NCBI GenBank assembly: GCA_044356295.1
Contig: JBIKWN010000079.1
Location: 1-10,170, forward strand
Length of the DNA stretch: 10,170 nucleotides
Source: Bdellovibrionota bacterium
GTDB lineage: Bacteria > Bdellovibrionota_C > UBA2361 > JBIKWN01
Direction of reading: 5' to 3'
Shown piece after piece: positions 1 through 6,229 of the stretch. A program made the translations under genes and the position numbers. The first letter of the stretch is position 1, and every line of letters starts with the position of its first letter. The notes below the pieces were generated by a model. That model saw only the letters and a program-made list of their open reading frames with translations. It made no database searches and was not told the origin of the DNA.

Positions 1-1312
1 CATCTATTTCTTTCTTTGAAGTCTCAAGAGCTATAACTTTTCTTACCAAGCCAACTTTTAACGTTAAAAGTAAAAGAGTAATAAGCTGTGTGGTAAATGC
101 TTTCGTTGAAGCCACGCTTATCTCAGGGCCTGCATGAGTGAAAATAGTGTTAGGAACTTTTCTTGCAAGAGTTGAACCTAATACATTACAAACTGCCAAC
201 GTCTTAGCTCCTTTTTGCTGAGCGATATCAATCGCAGCTAGTGTATCTGCGGTTTCACCTGACTGTGATACTGCAATAACTAATGTATCAGTATCAAGGT
301 TTAGATCACGGTATCTAAATTCACTGGCATAATCGACTTCACAAGGAGTTGAAGCAAATTTTTCAAAATAAAATTTTCCAATTAACGCCGCATGCCATGC
401 AGTTCCGCACGCTACAAAAATAATTCTTTTTATCGATTGTAAATCTTTCTCGCTAAATTCCATTTCGCTAAGGATGATTTCCCCACTCTCGCGGTCTACT
501 CTCCCGCGAAACGTATCAGCTGATACAGCGACTTGGTCATGGATCTCTTTAAGCATATAGTGCTTAAAGCCACCTTTTTGTGCAGTTACAGGATCCCAAG
601 TAATTATCTGCGGCACTCTTGTTACTTCTTTACCATTATTTTCAATGTAAATTTTATCCTTAGATACATCAGCAATATCTCCATCTTCAAGGATAATGAC
701 TTTGCGGGTGTAAGGCAGTACGGCTGGAATGTCACTTGCTACAAAATTTTCACCTTCACCAACTCCAATAATGATAGGAGTCGCCGTTTTAGCTACTAAA
801 ATTCTATCGTGAGTTTTCGAATCAATTGCGAGAAAAGAATAACTTCCTCTAATTCTTTTGCAGGTTTGTTGAAGCGCTTCAAAAGGTGATGTTGCTGTCT
901 TAATATAATGATCAAGAAGGTGTGCTGCGCACTCGGTATCTGTTTCACTTTTAAAAACAGCTCCTCCTTGAATCAATTCTTTTTTTAGTTCAAGAAAATT
1001 TTCAATAATACCATTGTGGATTAAACTAATTCGACCAGCAGTATGAGGATGTGCGTTATCTTCAGTTGGTTTTCCATGAGTTGCCCACCTTGTATGCCCG
1101 ATACCAAGATGCGGTACCGCTTTTAATGGAGTCTTTGTAAGGGAGTCCTCAAGCTGTGAAAGCTTCCCAACAGCTCTTCGGATCTCAACTTCTGACCCAA
1201 CACTCATAGCCACTCCTGCCGAGTCGTAGCCCCGATATTCAAGCTTTTGCAGACCTGAAATAACTATTTCAAGGGCATTTTTATCACCAACGTATCCAAC
1301 TATTCCACACAT
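1..1312 (-). CDS. glmS: Glutamine--fructose-6-phosphate transaminase (isomerizing), 5' part; runs off the left edge
   Basis: Not in the ORF track because it is truncated. Manual translation from ATG at 1312 gives MCGIVGYVG, LEYRGYDSAG, GIGHTRWATHG, NAHPH, HNGIIEN, SETDTE, ACGTAWHA, SEFRYR, SQSGETADT and AGPEISVASTKAFT, which are GlmS glutaminase and SIS-domain motifs. Confidence 0.98.
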   Translation of the reverse strand, partial: MCGIVGYVGDKNALEIVISGLQKLEYRGYDSAGVAMSVGSEVEIRRAVGKLSQLEDSLTKTPLKAVPHLGIGHTRWATHGKPTEDNAHPHTAGRISLIHNGIIENFLELKKELIQGGAVFKSETDTECAAHLLDHYIKTATSPFEALQQTCKRIRGSYSFLAIDSKTHDRILVAKTATPIIIGVGEGENFVASDIPAVLPYTRKVIILEDGDIADVSKDKIYIENNGKEVTRVPQIITWDPVTAQKGGFKHYMLKEIHDQVAVSADTFRGRVDRESGEIILSEMEFSEKDLQSIKRIIFVACGTAWHAALIGKFYFEKFASTPCEVDYASEFRYRDLNLDTDTLVIAVSQSGETADTLAAIDIAQQKGAKTLAVCNVLGSTLARKVPNTIFTHAGPEISVASTKAFTTQLITLLLLTLKVGLVRKVIALETSKKEID

Positions 1313-1394
1313 GCCCTCAATAGTACGGCGAGGAGGGAAATCTTGCCAGCTTGTGAGCTTCGCAAAATGATTTTTTTATGATAGTTTCGTGTTC

Positions 1395-1415
1395 CTGCAC
1401 TCTTAGCTCAGCTGG
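1395..1415 (+). repeat. Duplicate of the tRNA-Arg 5' end (21-bp direct repeat of 1495-1515)
   Basis: CTGCACTCTTAGCTCAGCTGG occurs at 1395-1415 and 1495-1515, exactly 100 bp apart. The upstream copy diverges after the D-loop GG. Confidence 0.95.
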
Positions 1416-1428
1416 GCAGTTCTTGTTT

Positions 1429-1447
1429 GATTCGCTTCCAGCGAATC
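1429..1447. other. 8-bp perfect hairpin in the tRNA leader
   Basis: GATTCGCT-tcc-AGCGAATC. Confidence 0.7.
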
Positions 1448-1496
1448 GCTATCCTGCTTCGCTAAGACAAGTGTGTTTATATTTGGTCTTCATTCT

Positions 1497-1570
1497 GCAC
1501 TCTTAGCTCAGCTGGATAGAGCATTTGGCTTCGAACCAAAGGGTCGGGGGTTCGAATCCCTCAGAGTGCG
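1497..1570 (+). tRNA. tRNA-Arg, anticodon TCG; CCA not encoded
   Basis: Acceptor GCACTCT/AGAGTGC plus discriminator G; D-arm GCTC-AGCTGGATA-GAGC; anticodon arm TTTGG-CT TCG AA-CCAAA; T-arm GGGGG-TTCGAAT-CCCTC. Followed by TTTTT rather than CCA. Confidence 0.97.
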
Positions 1571-2064
1571 TTTTTCTTATATCGATTAAAGGCGAACCCT
1601 TCTCGTTTGTCACTTTCTACTAATGAAAAATCCTGCTCGAAGGATGGAAAGAAAGTGTCTCCATCATATTTCTTATCAATAGCTGTTAAAAAAAGCTCAT
1701 CTAACGCTAACAGTGTTGAAGCGTAAATCTTTGCACCACCGACAATCCAAAGCGTATCGGTCGGTGTTGTTAAAGCACCACTTCGAAAATCCTCTATAGC
1801 TTTGATTGGATCCGAAATTCGCAAAACTGACTCAGGACAATCTAGTTTTTCAGGATGATGTGAACAAACAATGTTGAGTCTTTTAGGAAGCGGCTTGTAT
1901 TCGGGCTTTAACGATTCCCAAGTAGTGCGTCCCATCAACACAGCATGCCCCCTGGTCTTATCAGAGAAATACTTTAAGTCTTCAGGGATATGCCAGGGAA
2001 GGTCTCCGTTTTTTCCAATTGCTCTGCCGGAATCCATGGCAACGATTGCATATACCTTCTTCAT
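1561..2064 (-). CDS. folA: Dihydrofolate reductase
   Basis: AIVAM..R.IG..G.LPWHIPEDLKYF, MGRTTWESL, PLPKRLNIV, WIVGGAKIY and GDTFFP. Directly downstream of thyA. ATG at 2064 (the ORF track uses the adjacent TTG at 2067). Confidence 0.97.
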   Translation of the reverse strand: MKKVYAIVAMDSGRAIGKNGDLPWHIPEDLKYFSDKTRGHAVLMGRTTWESLKPEYKPLPKRLNIVCSHHPEKLDCPESVLRISDPIKAIEDFRSGALTTPTDTLWIVGGAKIYASTLLALDELFLTAIDKKYDGDTFFPSFEQDFSLVESDKREGFAFNRYKKNAL

Positions 2065-2069
2065 CAAAC

Positions 2070-2879
2070 TTAAACCGCGATATCAAACTTAATTGCTTGA
2101 TGAGGATCGTATCCTTCAAGGGTAAAATCTTCGTATTTAAATTCAAATAGATCTTTTACATCAGGATTTAGTTTCATTGTTGGCAATGGACGCAGATCTC
2201 GAGTTAACTGCTCTTTAGCCCCTTGAACATGATTAGAGTAAATATGCACATCACCGAAGGTATGAATAAATTCATACGGCTTATAACCAGTGACTTGAGC
2301 CATCATCATTAAAAACAAACTGTAACTTGCTATATTAAAAGGAACTCCCAACATGAGATCAGCACTACGTTGATAGAGCTGCAGACTCATACGATCATCT
2401 TTTATATAAAACTGAAAAAGCGTATGGCACGCAGGAGGAGCAACTTCTGGAAGATCTGCAGGATTATACGAAACAACCAAAAGCCTTCGACTCATTGGAT
2501 TAGCTTTGATCTGATCAACAAGATTTTTAATCTGATCTACTTTTTTCCCACTTGGACCTTCCCACGAACGCCACTGTTTTCCGTATACACTACCAAGTTC
2601 CCCTTCGGGGGTCGCCCATTCATCCCAAATAGTTACTTTGTGATCATGAAGGTATTTGATATTGGTTTCACCTTTTAAGAACCACAGTAGTTCATGAATA
2701 ATAGATCTGAGGTGAACTTTTTTTGTTGTTACCAATGGAAAGCCGTCTTCTAGATTGAATCGAAACTGCCGACCAAAGACTGAGTAGGTTCCTACTCCTG
2801 TTCGATCTTTTCTTGGATCATGTTTATCGGCACCGCCGTTTTCTAGGACATCACGAATAAGGGAATGATACGCTTGCAT
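2070..2879 (-). CDS. thyA: Thymidylate synthase (ThyA type)
   Basis: [42 protein letters not shown] (catalytic Cys), [14 protein letters not shown] (Asn that specifies dUMP), GDVHIY and C-terminal IAV. Confidence 0.98.
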   Translation of the reverse strand: MQAYHSLIRDVLENGGADKHDPRKDRTGVGTYSVFGRQFRFNLEDGFPLVTTKKVHLRSIIHELLWFLKGETNIKYLHDHKVTIWDEWATPEGELGSVYGKQWRSWEGPSGKKVDQIKNLVDQIKANPMSRRLLVVSYNPADLPEVAPPACHTLFQFYIKDDRMSLQLYQRSADLMLGVPFNIASYSLFLMMMAQVTGYKPYEFIHTFGDVHIYSNHVQGAKEQLTRDLRPLPTMKLNPDVKDLFEFKYEDFTLEGYDPHQAIKFDIAV

Positions 2880-2888
2880 AAGGGCAAG

Positions 2889-2897
2889 AATATAGCA
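2889..2897 (-). promoter_or_regulatory. Putative extended -10 element for thyA
   Basis: TGCTATATT (TGn-TAnnnT) on the minus strand, ending 9 nt before the thyA ATG. No Shine-Dalgarno sequence in between. Confidence 0.4.
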
Positions 2898-2934
2898 TGG
2901 AGTTTAAGTGATTTAAACTGGGTTTTACGGTAAA

Positions 2935-3423
2935 TCAAGATTCAGGAACAAGGCGATCCATTTCAGCGCGGAGTGTCGCGTTAAAACGCAAAAGCTTTAA
3001 TAGCTCAATATAGTTCTGAACAGAAGCTAATGCAGCATGAGGACCGACAAGCCCTTGCTGTGCTTCAGAAATATCACAAAAAATACCTACTGCTTTTTCT
3101 ATAAAGTTTTCTGGGGCAAGTTTTTGCTCAACGAGCATCTTTAGAAATTTAGATTCACGGGGGTATTCTGATTCAATTTTTTCTAGGCCATCGGTGACTC
3201 GACGCATGACTTCGTTGGGATCGCGCTCCATGTGTTCGATTGCGTCGTTAACAGCAATCATTGAAGCACGTACTTCTCTCAATTTATCTTTTACTTTGTC
3301 AGGCGAATATCGAAGTTCTTTTGAATAAGTACCTGTTTCCATCTGTTCATGGAGCGAGTCCATAAAATCTACCATTTTCTGTATGGGAGAATCGAATGGG
3401 GATTTTGTCTTTTGATCACTCAT
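2935..3423 (-). CDS. Hypothetical protein, 162 aa, charged and probably alpha-helical
   Basis: Open frame with ATG and a protein-like composition. Its start overlaps the upstream stop (ATGA at 3423-3420). No motif recognised. Confidence 0.8.
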   Translation of the reverse strand: MSDQKTKSPFDSPIQKMVDFMDSLHEQMETGTYSKELRYSPDKVKDKLREVRASMIAVNDAIEHMERDPNEVMRRVTDGLEKIESEYPRESKFLKMLVEQKLAPENFIEKAVGIFCDISEAQQGLVGPHAALASVQNYIELLKLLRFNATLRAEMDRLVPES

Positions 3424-3725
3424 GCTGCAAAAAGTTTAACACTTTTAGCATGTTCAGGAACTATAACATTTAAAGCATCACCACTGAGCTCAGCAAGTCT
3501 TAAAGGCTTACCAACAGCTCGGCCTACATTAACACCCATAATGAGTGCTGCTTGGGCTTCTGGAGTCAAAGGTTGCTGCTCTGGCTTTCCAACTGGAACA
3601 TTAGAAGCTACAGCTAATTCGTTAGACTTATCTGCTACAGGTGATGCGGCATTATCTAATGACTTCTTATTATCAATCCTTGTGACCATATCGATTACTC
3701 TATTACTTATATTAAAAACACTCAT
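3420..3725 (-). CDS. Hypothetical protein, 101 aa, with an A/S/P/Q-rich central linker
   Basis: ATG follows an AT-rich intergenic region, and the stop is coupled (ATGA) to the next ORF. No motif recognised. Confidence 0.7.
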   Translation of the reverse strand: MSVFNISNRVIDMVTRIDNKKSLDNAASPVADKSNELAVASNVPVGKPEQQPLTPEAQAALIMGVNVGRAVGKPLRLAELSGDALNVIVPEHAKSVKLFAA

Positions 3726-3800
3726 AGCAACTTTTTACAACTACTATTTATAGTTATTGGAGATGGAACACTCCGTGTAACATTAAAAATAACGTAAATA

Positions 3801-3813
3801 TATCAATAACTTA
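3801..3813 (+). promoter_or_regulatory. IHF-consensus site
   Basis: TATCAATAACTTA matches WATCAANNNNTTR exactly and has AT-rich flanks. Confidence 0.4.
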
Positions 3814-3875
3814 CGTAATTATTTCCCTAAAACAAAATCAATTTTAGATAAAAATCTAATAAAATCTCTTAGCCC

Positions 3876-4069
3876 CATAACTGTCCGGTAAGAAGTCCAT
3901 ATATATGCTGTAATTGATTCAAAAGTTACAACTAAACAAAGAGTTAACATTTTTTCTATTTAAGTTTAGTAACGCGAAGTACGCGAAGGATTACATAAGA
4001 TCCTTCGCGTACTTCGCGACCTTCGCGTTACTAAAAATGTCTTCAATTACTTTCTACCGGACAGTATTG
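3876..4069. mobile_element. MITE / internally deleted IS (IS4-family-like ends), 194 bp
   Basis: Left end CATAACTGTCCGGTAAGAAGT (3876-3896) matches the reverse complement of the right end, CAATACTGTCCGGTAGAAAGT (4049-4069), at 17/21 positions with a perfect core ACTGTCCGGTA. The direct repeat CTCTTAGCCC flanks it immediately at 3866-3875 and 4070-4079. No transposase is encoded. Confidence 0.85.
3965..4035. repeat. Long palindrome built from 9-bp (CGCGAAG-core) units
   Basis: 3973-3991 CGCGAAGTACGCGAAGGAT pairs perfectly with 4000-4018 (19 bp, 8-nt loop). 3965-3979 TTTAGTAACGCGAAG pairs with 4021-4035. Confidence 0.92.
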
Positions 4070-4079
4070 CTCTTAGCCC

Positions 4080-4796
4080 CTAACTCTTCTTCGTAAACCG
4101 ATACTCCCAAGCCGTATACAAACACCCAAAGCCATATTTCAAAGATCGCATAAAATTTATCGAAGAAGCTTCTTTAAAATAGTAAGCAGGGCAAGATAGC
4201 TCACCCACAGTAAAGCCCATTCGAATTGCTTGAGCTAAGATCTGATTATCAAATACAAAATCATCCGAATTTTTCTGCCAAGGAATAGACTCAAGGCATT
4301 TTCGGCTAAACGCTCGGTAACCAGTGTGGTATTCAGAAAGCTTGGTTCCCAATAATAGATTCTCGATTGCTGTAAGAAAACGATTCGCAAAATATTTCCA
4401 AAGCGGCATACCACCTTCTGTTGGACGTCGAGATCCTATTATTCTAGAACCAAGTGCAATATCAAATTCCCCCGAAACAACTAACATCGCAAGTGCAGGA
4501 AGAAGTTTAGGACTATACTGATAATCAGGATGAAGCATGACAATGATATCAGCATTTCTTTTAAGAGCTTCACTGTAACAAGTTTTCTGATTGCCTCCAT
4601 ACCCTCTATTAAGTTCGTGTTGAATAATAGTAAGACCGAGCTCTTTTGCAACTGAAACAGTTTCATCTTTTGAACAATCATCGACAAGAATGATCTCATC
4701 AACAACGCCAGCAGGAATAGCTTCTACAGTTTTTCTTATAGTAAGTGCAGCATTATAGGCAGGAAGCACTACTACGATTCGGTGATTAAGAAGCAT
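4080..4796 (-). CDS. Glycosyltransferase family 2 (DPM1-like / polyprenol-phosphate glycosyltransferase-like)
   Basis: VVLPAYN, IILVDDCSKD, NRGYGGNQK, MLHPDYQY, LGSR, MPLWKY..NRFLT, SEYHTGYRAF and SDDFVFD. Starts 9 bp after the trmFO stop. Confidence 0.93.
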   Translation of the reverse strand: MLLNHRIVVVLPAYNAALTIRKTVEAIPAGVVDEIILVDDCSKDETVSVAKELGLTIIQHELNRGYGGNQKTCYSEALKRNADIIVMLHPDYQYSPKLLPALAMLVVSGEFDIALGSRIIGSRRPTEGGMPLWKYFANRFLTAIENLLLGTKLSEYHTGYRAFSRKCLESIPWQKNSDDFVFDNQILAQAIRMGFTVGELSCPAYYFKEASSINFMRSLKYGFGCLYTAWEYRFTKKS

Positions 4797-4805
4797 GAAA
4801 AAATC

Positions 4806-6182
4806 TTATATTGTTTGCTGTATCACAGCAATCTGCTCAAGAGCCTGTTTAGAAACTTTCTCTCGTCTTTCGTCTTTCCCTACTTTTTGCCTCTTCCCCT
4901 TTTCGTTCACAAAAACATTAGGCAACTCAAAATAACTCGGAATAATTCCAAAACTCACATTCATCGGTTGAAAATACTCACGTGATGGATCGGTGATATA
5001 GTTCATAAGTCCCCCAATCGCTGTTGAAGTAGGAAATTGAAATCCATCTTTTTCTGAAAGTATTCTTGCAGCATTTATTCCGGCAACAAGCCCACCAGCA
5101 GTTGACTCAACATAGCCTTCTACTCCAGTAATCTGTCCAGCAAAAAAAAGATTTGGATTTGACCTCATCTGTAATGTCGGATGAAGTAATTTAGGCGAAT
5201 CAATAAAAGAGTTTCGATGAACGGAACCTAACCTAACAAACTCTGCATCTTCAAGCCCTGGCAAACTTCGAAGTACACGCATCTGATCACCATGCTTCAT
5301 CCTTGTTTGAAATCCAACCAGACTCCAAAGCTCACCTTCTTTATCATCCTGTCGAAGTTGCACACATGCATACGGCCAACGACCAGTAGCTGGATCAGTT
5401 AAACCAGTTGGTTTTAAAGGACCATGTCGAAGGGTATCAATACCACGAGACGCCATGTCCTCAATGGGCATGCATCCTTCAAATGGGCGAAGTCCTTCAA
5501 TCGAATCGGATTCAACTTCTTCATGTCCTCCAAACTTTTCTGAAGCCAAAACATCTGAAACAAACTTTTCATATAACTCTTTTGAAAGAGGAATATTTAG
5601 ATAATCTTTCCCCTCACCTTTATCCCATCTTGACTGCGGGAACATTTTTTCAAGATGCAAAGACTCTTTCAAAAAAATTGGGCTAATGGCATCAAAAAAT
5701 GAAAGCCTTTCCTGCCCAGTTAGTTTTTCAATTGATTTTGAAAGACTCGGTGACGTCAGTGGACCTGTAGCGAGAATAACAAGATTATCACAAGTCGCCT
5801 CAGGGATTTCAGTAATCTCTTCGCGGTGAATTGTGATAAGAGGATGTGACTGAATTTTTTCTTGCACGTATTTACTGAATACGACCCTATCAACGGCAAG
5901 TGCTCCGCCAGCAGGCACTGATGAAAAAAGAGCGGCTTCCATAATAAGAGAACCTAAAAGTTTTAACTCTTCTTTTAAAAGTCCTACTGCATTCGTAAGA
6001 GCTGCCCCACGAAACGAATTTGAACAAACAAGTTCAGCTAAATCTGAAGTTTTATGTGCTTTGGTAGTAGTAACCGGTCGCATTTCATAGAGATCAACCG
6101 CGATACCTCGCTTTGCAAGTTGCCAAGAAGCTTCACAACCGGAAAGCCCCCCACCGATGACAGTACATTTTTTATGATTCAT
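4806..6182 (-). CDS. trmFO: Methylenetetrahydrofolate--tRNA-(uracil-54)-methyltransferase (FAD-dependent)
   Basis: VIGGGLSGCEA (Rossmann motif), ELVCSNS, VPAGGALAVDR, ATGPLTS, FFDAISP, FEGCMPIE, VQLRQD, VGFQT, HRNSF, FAGQITGVEGYVES and FQPMNVSFG. Length 458 aa. Confidence 0.97.
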   Translation of the reverse strand: MNHKKCTVIGGGLSGCEASWQLAKRGIAVDLYEMRPVTTTKAHKTSDLAELVCSNSFRGAALTNAVGLLKEELKLLGSLIMEAALFSSVPAGGALAVDRVVFSKYVQEKIQSHPLITIHREEITEIPEATCDNLVILATGPLTSPSLSKSIEKLTGQERLSFFDAISPIFLKESLHLEKMFPQSRWDKGEGKDYLNIPLSKELYEKFVSDVLASEKFGGHEEVESDSIEGLRPFEGCMPIEDMASRGIDTLRHGPLKPTGLTDPATGRWPYACVQLRQDDKEGELWSLVGFQTRMKHGDQMRVLRSLPGLEDAEFVRLGSVHRNSFIDSPKLLHPTLQMRSNPNLFFAGQITGVEGYVESTAGGLVAGINAARILSEKDGFQFPTSTAIGGLMNYITDPSREYFQPMNVSFGIIPSYFELPNVFVNEKGKRQKVGKDERREKVSKQALEQIAVIQQTI

Positions 6183-6229
6183 GAAAAAAGTTCTTGGGAT
6201 TTTTAATAAAATACTTTATACCAAATTAG

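Noticed and set aside
533..799. 88-aa plus-strand ORF
   Set aside because: Antisense shadow within glmS.
1313..1400. glmS ribozyme upstream of glmS
   Set aside because: The region is short and the conserved AGCGCC/GACGAGG core is not on the glmS strand; the GGCGAGG look-alike is on the wrong strand.
1400..1409. Similarity of the tRNA 5' sequence CTCTTAGCTC to the MITE target duplication CTCTTAGCCC (9/10)
   Set aside because: The 1416-1494 insert has no MITE-like ends, so a common mechanism is unsupported and this is probably coincidence.
1395..1570. Intron-split tRNA or mini-CRISPR
   Set aside because: The downstream tRNA is complete by itself, there are only two repeat copies, the repeat is tRNA sequence, and there are no cas genes.
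1871..2678. Plus-strand ORFs 1871-2092 and 2370-2678
   Set aside because: Antisense shadows of folA and thyA.
2070..2879. Phage-type dCMP hydroxymethylase / DNA-modification system with the nearby GT2
   Set aside because: ThyA retains the dUMP-specific Asn (PFNIASY), is paired with folA in the standard way, and the GT2 is of the DPM1-like envelope type.
3349..3753. 134-aa plus-strand ORF
   Set aside because: Antisense to the coupled minus-strand pair, whose ATGA overlap favours the minus strand.
3764..3779. Sigma54-like TGGAAC-N5-GTGT near the IHF site
   Set aside because: It lacks the -12 GC and points away from the adjacent genes.
3914..4096. 60-aa plus-strand ORF
   Set aside because: It has a TTG start, runs through the MITE hairpin and across the element boundary, and merely translates the repeats.
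4324..5686. Short ORFs 4324-4521, 4481-4705, 4782-4985 and 5408-5686
   Set aside because: They overlap GT2 or trmFO in other frames or on the other strand and have no protein-like features.
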